NCBI GenBank assembly: GCA_951406725.2
Contig: OX597824.1
Location: forward strand, 78,492,001 to 78,556,000
Source of the DNA: Octopus vulgaris
Lineage: Eukaryota
Direction: 5' to 3'
DNA: 64,000 nucleotides
This document shows, piece after piece, positions 1 to 13,383 of the stretch. The stretch's first letter is position 1, and the number at the start of each line of letters is the position of its first letter. Below the pieces are notes generated by a model. It was not told where the DNA came from and did not search any database. It saw only the letters and a program-made list of their open reading frames with translations. The translations under genes were made by a program, and so were the position numbers.

Positions 1-122
1 TTTTTTTTCTTTATATTTTATATTTTCATTTTGTTTTTTTATTCTTTTTGTTATCTCATTCTTTCCGCTCCATACCTACGGATGTGACAATATGAATGGT
101 GTACTTATGAATATATGGATAA

Positions 123-167
<45 letters not shown>

Positions 168-363
168 TGCTTGTGTTAGTAAGTGAATGTGTGCGAGCTT
201 GTGTATGTATATATGTCTGTGTACTTTGTCAGCGCATGCGTGTATGAATGTATTACATACACATGTATATAAATATATATGTCTAAATAAATGCATATAT
301 ATCAAAACATCTATATTAGTACATATATGTGCATATATTAATACATATATAATAATACATACT

Positions 364-429
<66 letters not shown>

Positions 430-505
430 CATACACACACAGATAAGTGTATACATATGCATACGCATATATGTAAGTATATAGATAGACGCATCATAGA
501 CTCAC

Positions 506-539
<34 letters not shown>

Positions 540-1185
540 TCATACATACAAACATAAACATGTTCGCATGAAATTGAAGCAAAACGATTATACATAAATG
601 CACAAATGAATACATTAATAATAAACAGGTATGCCGATAGATAGAGAGAGAGAGCGAGAGCGAGGGAGAAAGAGATAAAGAATGAGAGAGAGTGTGTGAG
701 AGAGATTAGGGGAAATCTATAATTCAAAAGATTCTGATGTTTGTATTGAGTCAGAAAAATTTATTCCTAGAAGAGTTTGTAAAAGCGTTCGCTCTATTGT
801 TTTGCCATCTACATCAAAGAGTCTAACGTTTCGGCGAAGCACCATTCTTCTCACAAGTATTAAGATATAGTTATGCTGACTTTTTTTGTAGGAATCTAGC
901 AAATGAAGTTTTGGTTAAAGTACAGAAATGACGAGGTAAGATGTTATGATGCAGAGATATGGGAAATTAAATGAGGAGTAGCGTGAGTGGTGTGCAAAAT
1001 CAATTATGGGAGACAAAGTAAAAAGGGGAACAAAGTAAAGAGGGGAACAAATTGCCGCAAGATCGAGATCAAGGGAAATGGGAATTAGATGAAGAGGGTG
1101 CCAATTCGAGTGAAGATATTAATAAAATTGTACATTGACAAATGAAGTAAGGGACAGAAGTACATACATACACACTGTAAATTAG

Positions 1186-3080
1186 GTTTCAAATTTTGGT
1201 ACAAGACCAGCAATTTCAGGAGAAATGGGTGCAAGTCGACTACATTGATGCCAGTATTCAATCTGTAGTTATTTTATTGACCCCAAAAGGATGGAAGATA
1301 AAGTCGACTTCGGCAAAATTTGAACTCAGAAAGCAAAGACGGACCTAATGCTGCTAAGCATTTTCCCCGGCGTGCTAACTGTTCTGCCAATTAAAAGTTC
1401 CGTATGCATGAGGAGGTATGAAGTGGTGTGTGTTAAACAGAGTGTAGGATAAATGTATAACGATATTTTTTTAATCTTTTAACTTCTATTTGTTTTGTTC
1501 ATTTGGCAGCGGCCATACTTGGGCACTGCTTTGAAGAATATTAACCAAACGAATCGACCTCAGTGCGTTTTTTTTTTTAAACTTGGTACTTATTTCATCA
1601 GTCTCTTTTGCCGATTTCAACAGTATCGGTCAGTTGTTTCCCTTTATTTGTTATCAAGGTGTAATAATACTCAAGATATCGTGCTGTGGTATTTAAGTAT
1701 GGCTTCTATCGTTTAACATCAATTTTCTTGATGATTACATCTAAGGTATCTGTATTCTTTTATTCTTTTATTTGTTTCAGTCATTTTGACAGCGGCCATG
1801 GTGAAGCACCACCTTGAAGGGTTTTAGTCGAACAAATCCACCCTCGGAGTCATTTTTTATGCTTAGTATTATTCTATCACGCTCTTCGGCCGAACCGCTA
1901 AGTTACAGGGACGTAAACGAAACAACACAGGTTGTCAAGCAGCGGTGGGTGGGAAAAATATACACACACAGATATATGTGTGTGTGTGTGTGAGAGTATG
2001 TGTGTGCGTGCGTGTGTGTGTGTGTGTATACATTTATACTACGGTCTTCTTTCAGTTTCCGTCCACTAAATCTACTCACGAGGCTTAGCTTGGCCCGAGC
2101 CTATAGTAGAAAAGACACTTGCTTAAAGTACCACTCAGTTGGACTGAACCCAGATACATGTGGCTAAGTAGCAATCTTCTTACCACACTGCCATGCCTTC
2201 GCCCATTCATGTTTAGTTAACGACGGTTATATTCCTTTCTACCGAAGGTACCAGGCCTGAAATTTTAGTGAGGAGCTAGGGTTGGGATTTTAGGGTTGGG
2301 GCTAGTCGATTACATCGATTCCAGTGCTTTACTGGTACTTATTTTATCGATCCCACAAAGGATAAAAGATACAGGCAACTTCGGCGGAATTCGAACGCAG
2401 AACCTAAAGACAGCTGAAACGCTGTTAAGCATATCTGTTCGGCGTGCTAACGATTCTGCTACCTCACCGCCTTCTTAATGACTGTAATATTCTTTTCTAC
2501 TATAGGCACAAGGCCCGAAATTTTAGGGGAGGGGCTAGTCGATTAGATCGATCCCAGCACGCAACCGGTATTTAATTTATTGACTCCGAAAGGATGAAAG
2601 GCAAAGTCGACCTCGGCGGAATTTGAACTCAGAACGTAAAGACAGACGAAATATCGCTAAGCATTTCACCCGGCGTGCTAACGTTTCTACCAGTTCGTCA
2701 CCTTAAACGACGGTAATATTGGTTTCAAGTTTTGGTACAGACCCTGCAATTTCCGGCGGGAGGCGGGAATGGTAAGTCGATTAAGTCGGCACCAGTTTTC
2801 AACAGGTACTTATTTTATCGATCTCGAAAGGATGAAAGGTCAAGTCGACTCGGCGAAATTTGAACTTATATCGTAACGACGAACAAAATGCCGTTAAGCA
2901 TGTCGTCAGGCGTGCAACTGATTCTGCCAGTCGCGATTTATTAACGGTTGTAATGTTGTTTAGCACATAGCCCAGTGGCTAAAGCGTCCGGCTTTAGGGT
3001 TGAGGCTGGTCGATTACATCGACTCCAGTGCTTTACTTGTATCCATTTTATCGACCCCAAAAAGGATAAAAGACAAAGGC
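1186..3080 (-). mobile_element. Cluster of SINE family A copies (about 1186-1392, 2230-2475, 2488-2705, 2716-2935, 2995-3080), with family B pieces at about 1480-1620 and 1762-2165
   Basis: Repeated reverse complement of ...GTTCTGAGTTCAAATTCCGCCGAGGTCGACTTTGCCTTTCATCCTTTCGGGGTCGATAAA...: a Pol III B-box followed by a Meta/MESC-like central domain. About 30 copies or fragments occur in the window. Confidence 0.85.
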
Positions 3081-3083
3081 AAC

Positions 3084-3493
3084 TTGTGGTAAGTAGCTTG
3101 TTTACCAACCACATAGTTCCGGGTTCAGTCCCACTGCGTGGCACCTTGGGCAAGTGTCTTCTACTATAGCCTCGGACCGACCAAAGCCTTGTGAGTGGAT
3201 TTGGTAGACGGAAACTGAAAGAAGCCCGTCGTATATATGTATATATATATATGTATGCGTGTGTGTGTTTGTGTGTCTGTGTTTGTCCTCCTAGCATTGC
3301 TTGACAACCGATGCTGGTGTGTTTATGTCCCCGTTACTTAGCGGTTCGGCAAAAGAGATCGATAGAATAAGTACTGGGCTTACAAAAGAATAAGTCCCGG
3401 GGTCGAGTTTCCCGATTAAAGGCGGTGCTCCAGCATGGCCGCAGTCAAAAAAAAATGACTGAAACAAGTAAAACAGTAAAATAGTAAAGAGTA
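3084..3493 (+). mobile_element. SINE family B (tRNA-like head, CORE-like GGCACCTTGGGCAAGTG, internal (TA)n(TG)n, tail ending GAAACAAGTAAAAGAGTA)
   Basis: Near-identical to copies at 25116, 29657, 35370, 42329 and 61559. Confidence 0.88.
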
Positions 3494-3694
3494 TATGGAA
3501 ACATGGTTATACACATGAAACATATGTATATTGTATGTGTTCGCATTTCGTGTATCAGAATTAAAGGAAACGAGGACATGTCTGAGTTAAATGTACCAAA
3601 AACCGATGAGATTTCGTAGATATCGATCCCAGTTCAATCAAATATTATTTGTGTATTTTCATGCATGTATGTGCCTGTCACTCACGTCTGTATT

Positions 3695-3732
<38 letters not shown>

Positions 3733-3875
3733 TTTGTGTGTGTGTGAATGTTTGTGTGTGTGTGAATGTTTGTGTGTGTGTGAATGTTTGTGTGTGTGTG
3801 AATGTGTGTGTGTGTGAATGTGAATGTGTGTGTGTGTGATGTTTGTGTGTGTGTGAATGTTTGTGTGTGTGTGAA

Positions 3876-3935
<60 letters not shown>

Positions 3936-4914
3936 GTTATTTCTTTTTTTCATGAGGTAGTGAGTTCGATTTCCAGACTAGGCTGTGTGTTGTGTTCTTA
4001 AGCAAGACACTTTATTTCATGTTGCTTCAGATCACTCAGCTGTAGAAATAAGTTGTGCCAACACCGGTGCCAAGCTGTATCGGCCTTTGTCTTACCCTTG
4101 GATAGCATCAATGTTGTGAAGAAGGGAGGCTGGTATGCAACGGCGACTGCTGGTCTTCCATAAACAATTTTGCCCGGACTTGTGCCTCGGAGGGTAACCT
4201 TCAAGGAGTAATCCCATTGTCATTGATGACCAAAGGAGCCTTTATTGTTTGGTGTAATGTAGTCTATTGGAGGCACATGGCCTAGTGGTTAGAGCAGCGG
4301 ACTCACGGTCGAGGGATCGAGGGTTCGAATCTCAGACTAGGCGATGTGTGTGTTTATGAGCGAAAACACCCAAGCACCACACGGCTCCGGCAGAAGGTAA
4401 TGGCGAACTTCTGCTGACTCTTTCGCCACAAATTTCTCTCACTCTTTCCTCCTGTATCTTACAGCTCACCTGCGACAAACCGGCGTCCCGTCTAGGTGGG
4501 GAACCTATACCCCAAGGAAACCGGGAAACTGGCCCTTATGAGCCAGGCATGTCACGAGAAGGAACAAACGATGTAGTATTTTGCAATAGCTCTTTATTGT
4601 AAGCCCGTACTCAGCCGACTGGAGAGAAATTTGAATAAGACACCGAGTAATTAAAATTCGATGAGAAAATCTGGGAATGTTACAGTTACAAATAGACTGA
4701 AGAGAACTCGTATGAAAATGTGTAAACATAATGATATTTACAATACCATAGAAGCACACAGACACACACACATATATGAGAAAACAAATATGTACATAAA
4801 CATAGACGTGTATATGTAAAAGTATAAATACAAGTAAAAAGTATAAATACAATCACATATACTTGCATAAAGCTGTGTGTGTGAGTGTGTATATATATAT
4901 ATATATATACACAC

Positions 4915-4945
<31 letters not shown>

Positions 4946-5014
4946 GAGAGAGAGAGAGACTTATTTGTAGGTATATGTATATATGTATATGTATTTATGC
5001 ATAAATACATGTGG

Positions 5015-5046
<32 letters not shown>

Positions 5047-5049
5047 ATG

Positions 5050-5102
<53 letters not shown>

Positions 5103-5305
5103 TTACATACATATGTATATATATATATATACATATGGAAACATGGTTATACACATGAAACATATGTATATTGTATGTGTTCGCATTTCGTGTATCAGAA
5201 TTAAAGGAAACGAGGACATGTCTGAGTTAAATGTACCAAAAACTGATGAGATTTCGTAGATATCGATCCCAGTTCAATCAAATATTATATGTGTACTCTC
5301 ATGCG
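3493..5305 (+). repeat. ~170-bp direct duplication (3493-3665 and 5133-5305)
   Basis: Both copies begin ATATGGAAACATGGTTATACACATGAAAC and end ...GTTCAATCAAATATTAT, nearly identical. Confidence 0.85.
3955..4570 (+). mobile_element. Two family C-related tRNA SINEs with different tails (3955-4242, 4268-4570)
   Basis: Head TGGAGGCACATGGCCTAGTGGTTAGAGCAGCGGACTC...GGTTCGAATCTC has A/B boxes; the tails recur at 50654-50992 and 16098-16334. Confidence 0.75.
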
Positions 5306-5451
5306 TGTGTATGTGAGTGTGAGTGTGTGTGTGTGTGTGCGTTTCGTTATTTCGTTTTTTTCCCAATGTATTTCCCCAAAAAATGTTTACCTGGATGTAT
5401 ATGCATATTCCTGTTTATCTGCTCGTAGGAGTTTTTGTTTGTGTGTTTGTT

Positions 5452-5531
<80 letters not shown>

Positions 5532-5853
5532 GTACGCATGTATATTGTTTTGAGTGTAAAGAAACAATCGAAATAATTTCTAGACAATGCTTCTTTACAT
5601 TACAAAAAAAAAAAAAAATAGAAGCCTCTAGAAATATACTTTCAAACATTTTGGAAACACTTTATAAGAAATCAATAATTTAAAGTAAGCAATAAATATT
5701 TTATTCGAACTTAGAAATTACTTCCTGCACAACACTTAGCACTACAATGTAGAAGCACAGTTTGAATTATTTAATTTATTTTATGTCTCTGATGATATGA
5801 ATTATGTAGGAGGCATAGTAGCTAGATGTTACAGGAGACATGTATTTACACAT

Positions 5854-5912
<59 letters not shown>

Positions 5913-6104
5913 GGTTTGCGTATATGTGTGTTTGTCTGTGTGTGTGCATATGTATATATATGGAAGAGAGATATGTACATATAAACATACATATATTTTC
6001 CCGGTTATTCATATATATATATATACATGTCTATATGTGTATATATATATATGTATATATGTATATATATATATATACATGTCTATATGTGTATATATAT
6101 ATGT

Positions 6105-6139
<35 letters not shown>

Positions 6140-6147
6140 CATATATG

Positions 6148-6182
<35 letters not shown>

Positions 6183-6217
6183 CATGTCTATATGTGTATG
6201 TGTATATGTATGTATAT

Positions 6218-6281
<64 letters not shown>

Positions 6282-7699
6282 GTACTCACACACACACACA
6301 CATATATATATATATACGTATGTACAAATTCAAATACAAAGTAAACTCAACACGTTCCGGAGTGGTTTATTTCCATTAACAAACTGATTCAAATTGCATT
6401 ATCTCAAAGTTTGTCAAAATGAACAAAAAATCGTTCCAGATTTATTCGGATGTTTGGTTCCGAGTTTCAATATTTACAGCTTCTCACGAAAACTGCTTTC
6501 TACTAGCTGACGAGTAAGTATAACCAGGTGATACTTATTCCCTACTTTCTACTCCACTGCTTTCCTTTTTTATGGGACCTGAACGAGACTAATAGTAGTA
6601 ATTCATTGGCCATCAACTGTGTTCACTAAATTTTTACTGATATTTCTCGAAATATTACTTCCATAATATATACTGATATAATGCTCTAAAACAGTGGTTT
6701 TAGAGAGAGTGAGTATTGAACTCACTCTCTCGTACAATACTACTTCTCATAAAGGCGGTGAACTGGCAGAAACATTAGCACGCCGAGGGAAATGCTTAGC
6801 GGCATTTCGTCTGTCTTTACGTTCTGATTTCAAATTCTGCCAACGTCGACTTTGCCTTTCATCCTTTCGGGTTCGATAAATTAAGTACCAGTTCCGTACT
6901 GGAGTTGATCTAATCGACTGGCTCCCTCCCCCAGAGATTTCGGGCCTTGCGTCTAGACTAGAAAAGAATATTACCTCTCATAACTCTCTACCATAAAAAT
7001 GTTGGAAACTTAGTATTTTTTGTGATTATAAAATTTTGGGGGACCTATTTCATGCTGTCGACCGTCGGAGCTATGGAAACTTAGTGCACTCCGACTGCAT
7101 GGAAATAGATTCGATTGATTTTATTATTACCTTAAAAACTACTAAAAAATACTAAATTTCAAACATCATTATGGTGAAATACGTTTAGAGTAGTTCCAAA
7201 CCATAAAAATTCGCACTTTAAAATAGTGTTTAGCGACAGTGGTGTAATTTTCATTCAAACTACGAACAGGAGATTAGATACGTCCCAGCTACTACAAATA
7301 ATTGTTTGAACAAAATGTAATGCCCTACGTTCATCAAATTGTCTTTAAATTAAGTGGCGGCAGAAGAATTATCGTTGAACTTTTAAAAGGTAAGTTTATT
7401 GTTGCATATATGTTGGTTGTTCAAGGGTAGGGAATGGAAACGAGTTATTTGTACTGCCCCCCCGAATGGGAAAACAAAGAAATGTTGTTTATCATGCAGC
7501 TTTGGAACAAGTTCCAAGTCGATAGATTATATTATTGTTTTGATGAAAATTGTTCATTGCTTGAAAAATATTGGTCAAGTTTAATTAAATGTAATATGTA
7601 CTCAGTGCATGAAGTGTCATTGTTGGGCTCAAGGCCTAATGAAGAGCCTTCCATATGAGCTTGCTTAAAAGCCGCCCGATAGGGCAACAGACACACAGC

Positions 7700-7732
<33 letters not shown>

Positions 7733-7738
7733 GCTGGC

Positions 7739-7809
<71 letters not shown>

Positions 7810-7810
7810 C

Positions 7811-7854
<44 letters not shown>

Positions 7855-7964
7855 GATAGATAGATAGATAGATAGATAGATACACATGTACATATATACA
7901 TTTATTTATATATTTATACATATACATATATATGATGATAGATAGATAGACAGACACATAGATG

Positions 7965-8046
<82 letters not shown>

Positions 8047-8899
8047 CAGACAGACACATAGATGGATGGATGGATGGATGGATGGATATTCTATACTCTA
8101 TTTTTTTCACATAATTAGCACATTGGAATACGAATACACACATACATATACATTATATATATTCATATATACACACATATATATAGACATATATGTACGT
8201 ATATATATATTTATGTGTGTATGTGTTATGTATGTATGCATAGATACATTCACGCACACATATGCATATGTCTGTATGTATTCTGTTTCTTATTTTCGGT
8301 TTCTTTTTTATTTGCTTCTCTTCTCTTCTATTTTAAGTCACTGTTTCTTTAATCGGTTGGTGTACCAGTTTGGCTATTTGTATAAACATCATATCTTGTA
8401 ATAGTTTTCGTTTAAAATTACTCTCCGTGTAACCACAGCCTCTTAAAACTACCATCAAAGAAACGTAACGTAATGCAATAGCTTATCATTGTTTGAAGTA
8501 ATCAAACGGGAAAACTCTTCTTTTACTTATTGTTATTTTTTTTTTGTACTATATTTCTTACAAAATTAATTACCATCGCGATCCTTACAATGTTTGTTTT
8601 CATGTTTCCTACTGCGGTATTAGACACACTAAATTTAACTACAATATTAACACCTGCCGTATGAATGAATCTACATAAAAATCCGGAAGTATATTTAGTC
8701 TTTCTTTTTAAGTGAACATAGAATACGTATTATTGTCATTTCCTGTCATAAATCAAAACGTCGTTAGATAATACGGATCACTCAAAAGAAAAACAAAGCT
8801 GTTAAGTACGATGCTCACAAGGTTGGTTTTGCTAAGCATAACATGCACTTACGAAATACTACATTCTACATAGACACCTACCTATACACACACGCGTAC

Positions 8900-9090
8900 A
8901 CAGGGAAAGTTTACGAAAATAAACAAAAGACGAAGACAGGTGGTGTACAAAACAAACAGATGTATTAGTATAGCGCTCAGGAATAGAAAAAGTCTTTTAC
9001 GTTTCGAGCCTACGCTCTTCTACAGAAAGATACACAGAAAAAAAACAAGGAGAGAAACAAGGAGAGAAAAAATGTGTGTAGTAGCTAATA
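8900..9090 (-). mobile_element. Short non-autonomous PLE-like unit, family H1, carrying an HHR
   Basis: Homologous to 9725-9910, 42490-42580 and 55200-55352; lies between microsatellites. Confidence 0.7.
8993..9030 (-). ncRNA. Minimal type I hammerhead-like motif with variant core CUGUAGA
   Basis: Minus strand: TCTTT-CTGTAGA-A-GAGC gtag GCTC-GAAA-CG-TA-AAAGA. Stem I 5 bp, stem II 4 bp, palindromic ACGT stem III. Confidence 0.6.
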
Positions 9091-9279
9091 CACATATATA
9101 AACATATATACATACACATATACATACATATACACATATACATACATATATACACACATACATACACATACATATACATACACATATATATAAACACATG
9201 CTCTTGCACACACACAAACACACACATACACACACATACATACACACATACACATACACACATTTACACATATCTTCAC

Positions 9280-9657
9280 CTTTTACTTGCTCCAGTCTCT
9301 AGACTGTGACCATGCTGGGGCACCGCCTTCAAAGATTAGTCAAACAATTAGACCCGAGTGCTTATTCTTTCTATCATTGGTACTTATTATATCGGACATA
9401 CTTTGCCGAACCGCTAAGTTACAGGGAGGTAAACACATTGGCATCGGTTGAGAAACGATGGTAGTGGGGACAAACATACACACACACACACACACACACA
9501 CATTATATATATATATACGACGGGCTTCATTCAGTTTCCGTCTACCAAATCCACTGACAAGGCTTTGATCGGCCCGAGACTATAGTAGAAGACACCAACA
9601 CAAGGGGACTGAACCTGGAACCATGTTATTGGGAAGCAAGCTTCTTACCACACCACT
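9280..9657 (-). mobile_element. SINE family B copy
   Basis: Reverse complement of the family B consensus. Confidence 0.8.
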
Positions 9658-9658
9658 G

Positions 9659-9728
<70 letters not shown>

Positions 9729-9805
9729 TGGGGAGAAGTCGCAAAAAAGCAAAAGACGAAGACAACAAAATGATGTATTAGTTTACGGCTCGGGAAGTGA
9801 AAAAG

Positions 9806-9843
9806 CCTTTAACGTTTCGTGCTTACGCTCTTCTACAGAAAGG
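9806..9843 (-). ncRNA. Minimal type I hammerhead-like motif, core CUGUAGA (family H1)
   Basis: CCTTT-CTGTAGA-A-GAGC gtaa GCAC-GAAA-CG-TT-AAAGG. The outer stem I pair covaries with the 8993 copy (T-A versus C-G). Confidence 0.55.
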
Positions 9844-9905
9844 AACACCGAAAGAAACAAGGAGAGAAAATAGAGAATGTGTAGTGGCTAGCGTTCCATC
9901 ATGGC

Positions 9906-9965
<60 letters not shown>

Positions 9966-9967
<2 letters not shown>

Positions 9968-10317
9968 TCCGTCGGTCACGGCAACGCGGGGTCCAGTTGA
10001 TCCGATCAACGGAACAGCCTGCTCGTGAAATTAACGTGAAAGTACCTGAGCACTCAACAGACACATGTACCCTTAATGTAGTTCTCGTGGAGATTCAGCG
10101 TGACACAGAATGTGACAAGGCCGCCCATTTGAAATACAGGTACAACAGAAACAGGAAGAAAGAGTGAGAGAAAGTTGTGATGAAAAATACTGCAGTGTTC
10201 GCCACCCCCATCCCCACCCCTGCTGGAGCTTTAGGTGGTTTCGATCAATAAACACTCGCTCCGCCCATCTGGGAATCGAAACCGCAATCCTATGACTGCG
10301 AGTCCGCTGCCCTAACC

Positions 10318-10319
<2 letters not shown>
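9966..10319 (-). mobile_element. SINE family C (tail ending GTAACCGACGGAGT)
   Basis: Matches 34723-35110, 37564-37940 and 57772-58153. Confidence 0.85.
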
Positions 10320-10357
<38 letters not shown>

Positions 10358-10443
10358 TTCGAGACAAAACCACTATTTTGCAAATCAAACAAGGAAAGAC
10401 TTAATCAATACATAAAAAATTTTAATATAAAGTAAATAAACCG

Positions 10444-10487
10444 CCACTACAATTGTTTCATGTCTTCAAATGACATTCGTCAGGTGG
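10444..10487 (-). ncRNA. Type I hammerhead ribozyme, canonical core
   Basis: CCAC-CTGACGA-ATGTC atttgaa GACAT-GAAA-CAATTG-TA-GTGG. All core bases intact, palindromic stem III ACAATTGT, GUA cleavage site; sits in a ~165-bp unit between (TA)n tracts. Confidence 0.88.
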
Positions 10488-10521
10488 ATTTCCGATCTTC
10501 TAATCAGTTTTAATTTATATG

Positions 10522-10561
<40 letters not shown>

Positions 10562-10647
10562 AATCCAAACGGGAAAACAAAAAAACAACAACAATGGAAC
10601 AATTACAGTATTATTATTAATAGGCGCTCAGGAAATGGAAGCAGGAG

Positions 10648-10684
10648 GGTATGACGTTTCGAGCGGAGCTCTTCGTCGAAAACA
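10648..10684 (-). ncRNA. Degenerate minimal hammerhead-like motif (H1-related)
   Basis: GTTT-TCGACGA-A-GAGC tcc GCTC-GAAA-CG-TC-ATAC. Core positions 3 and 4 are altered. Confidence 0.45.
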
Positions 10685-10766
10685 TAAAGAAGGAAGAGAG
10701 AGGAAAGAAAGATCCCAAAGCGGGCAACAGGGATAGAGAAAAAAAAACGACTGGTGTTTACGAGTT

Positions 10767-10798
<32 letters not shown>

Positions 10799-10844
10799 GA
10801 AAAAGATGACAGAGAAAAGCAATGGTTATATTATGAACTTCATT

Positions 10845-10925
10845 AGCTTACAGCCGTTTCTGCTATAAAATACAGTCGGCTCGTAGTCGAGTGTCTGAAT
10901 AACAACCTGTAACTTCATCAGAGCC
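10845..10925 (-). ncRNA. Type I hammerhead ribozyme with long stem II
   Basis: GGCT-CTGATGA-AGTTA...TAGCA-GAAA-CGGCTG-TA-AGCT. Near-palindromic stem III and an internal hairpin in stem II. Confidence 0.72.
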
Positions 10926-11077
10926 TTAAATGTAAAGTGCAATTTATTTTGGAATAATTACTTGTATTCTTATTTTATATGCATAGAATAATATGATATA
11001 TGTGTGTATGTTATTATAATTATTATTTTAATAAATAAATAAGTTAACATTTTACTGTCCTAAAATTGATGAACCAA

Positions 11078-11105
11078 CTATTGTGCTTCTCCATTTTCTT
11101 ATTTG

Positions 11106-11143
<38 letters not shown>

Positions 11144-11530
11144 ATAAATGGTAGGGTTGTGTTGACCGCACGTGGAGAAATGATAGGCAACGAATAAAAA
11201 TGCAGAATGCTAAATTGAAGGTAAATTTTACTGAAAAACTTTTTAAATGTTGTTTTTTTAAATATTAACTCTAACCGATTTTCGTCGCAATGCGACTTTT
11301 CAAGAATTGTTAGGTGAAAAGAAATTTTTTTTATAATTGAGGAGGGGGAACAAAGAGAATTACATTGTTTTTTGCAAAAAAATAATAAACATATACAAAA
11401 AATGTTTTCTTTAGATTTTCCATACACCCATTTTCATTAAAATTTACCTTCAATTTAGCATTCTGCCTTTTTATAATTTTTCGTTGCCTATCATTTCTCC
11501 ACGTGCGGTCAACATATCCCCATCATTTAT

Positions 11531-11572
<42 letters not shown>

Positions 11573-11596
11573 CAAATAAGAAAATGGACAAGCACA

Positions 11597-11600
<4 letters not shown>
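11078..11600. mobile_element. Fold-back element: ~160-bp inverted arms around an HHR-bearing spacer
   Basis: 11078-11238 is approximately the reverse complement of 11430-11600 (e.g. GTTGACCGCACGTGGAGAAATGATAGGCAACGAA and its complement). Confidence 0.8.
11267..11308 (-). ncRNA. Type I hammerhead ribozyme with U3-A8 covariant core
   Basis: AATTC-TTGAAAA-GTCGC att GCGAC-GAAA-ATCGGT-TA-GAGTT. Confidence 0.75.
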
Positions 11601-11675
<75 letters not shown>

Positions 11676-11879
11676 CACACACACACAAATATGGACAAAG
11701 AAAGAAAGATTTTCTGGAAAGTTAACTGTTTAAAATTCTGTTTTGGAAAACAGCATGACACGAGCCTTTTGAAGTGAAGTTTCTTTTATACTGTGTAAAT
11801 GCTTATGTTCTTGGGCTTGTCAAACACACGTGTTATATTCCGTATAGAGTACGTTGTTTTTAATAATGGTGTTGATAAT

Positions 11880-12030
11880 TTGTTTCACTTTAGGATATCG
11901 GATTCTTATAATATATTCCTTTTATTGGCTTTCATAGTTGATCGTTTTCATTTTATTTTGGAAAAAAAAAAGAAATATTCTGAATTTCCATTTTGTGCTT
12001 CATTCCAAAATGTTCATGTCATTCTGTATT
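11880..12030 (-). pseudogene. Decayed PLE GIY-YIG C-terminal remnant
   Basis: Frameshifted translation resembles EHF..NGNFRIFLFF..KAKEEYII..YPK, aligning by eye with the end of the 17309-18130 ORF. Confidence 0.45.
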
Positions 12031-12232
12031 TCAAACAAAGTTTTTTAAGTAATTATTATAACATTTAATAGTTATTATAACATTTGAAAAAATATATCTT
12101 TATATATTGTAACAGTATCAATTATTAATCGCAAAAACTTATGTACGCGCGTGTGTGTGTGTGTATGTGCGTGCGTGTGTGTGTGTGAATACGAGAGTTC
12201 TCTCAAGACGAATACTGCCGTGGATGTATTGT

Positions 12233-12473
12233 GGCTAGGCGGCGAGCTGGCAGAAACGTTAGCACGCCGGGTGAAATGCGTAGCCGTATTTCGTCTGCCA
12301 TTACGTTCTGAGTTCAAATTCCGCCGAGGTCGACTTTGCCTTTCATCCTTTCGGGGTCGATAAATTAAGTACCAGTTACGCACTGGAGTCGATGTAATCG
12401 ATTTAAGCCCTTTGTCTGTCCTTGTTTGTCCCCTCTATGTTTAGCCCCTTGTGGGCAGTAAAAAAAAAAAAAT
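12233..12473 (+). mobile_element. Full SINE family A with poly(A) tail and 9-bp TSD
   Basis: ATGTATTGT at 12224-12232 and 12474-12482; A-box-like TGGCAGAAACG and B-box GTTCAAATTC. Confidence 0.9.
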
Positions 12474-12915
12474 ATGTATTGTAGGAACGCTGTAATGCGT
12501 TCCTACAATACGTCCACGTTTAACAGGATATGAAATTTGATAAATATGTATATACGCATATATATATATATACATACATATGTAAGTATGTAATTATGTA
12601 TATATGTGTGTGCGTATGTGTATGTGTGTGTGTGTGTATGTGTGTGGGGGGGTGTAAACGCAAAATCAATTACTCGTAATACTAAATATCTAAATATCTA
12701 AATATCAGTAATTGGCCTTCTGATTTTTAAAATATCACATGACTCATGCTCGTATGTTCATAGCAAAATAGCCTTTCCATCCCCATGGATAATACTGTTA
12801 CAACCCAACCCGGATATGGGAGCTTGATGTTGATCTAGATCCTGGATCTAAAATATCCGGAAAACCGTACTGAATAAGAAGATACTACTGCACATGTATG
12901 TATATTGATATATGA

Positions 12916-12916
<1 letters not shown>

Positions 12917-12946
<30 letters not shown>

Positions 12947-13204
12947 TGTATGTATGTATGTATGTATGTATGTATGTATGTATGTATGTATGTATGTATG
13001 TATGTATGTATGTATGTATGTATGTATGTATGTATGTATGTATGTATGTATGTATGTATGTATGTATGTATGTATGTATGTATGTATGTATGTATGTATG
13101 TATGTATGTATGTATGTATGTATGTATGTATGTATGTATGTATGTATGTATGTATGTATGTATGTATGTATGTATGTATGTATGTATGTATGTATGTATG
13201 TATG

Positions 13205-13206
<2 letters not shown>
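12917..13206. repeat. (TATG)n microsatellite, ~290 bp
   Basis: Direct inspection; explains the MYVC/HTYI ORFs. Confidence 0.97.
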
Positions 13207-13242
<36 letters not shown>

Positions 13243-13352
13243 CATGTACGTATATACGTATGCTTATGTATATTTATATATATAGTTGTAGATATAGTTA
13301 TAGATATATATACATATATATGTATTTATATATATATACATATAAATGCATG

Positions 13353-13383
<31 letters not shown>

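Noticed and set aside
4268-4340. tRNA-like sequences at SINE heads
   Set aside because: A/B boxes are present, but there is no complete cloverleaf and they continue into SINE bodies.
5243-5272. CTGATGA plus short stem in the 170-bp duplication
   Set aside because: Followed by GATC rather than GAAA, with no stems I or III.
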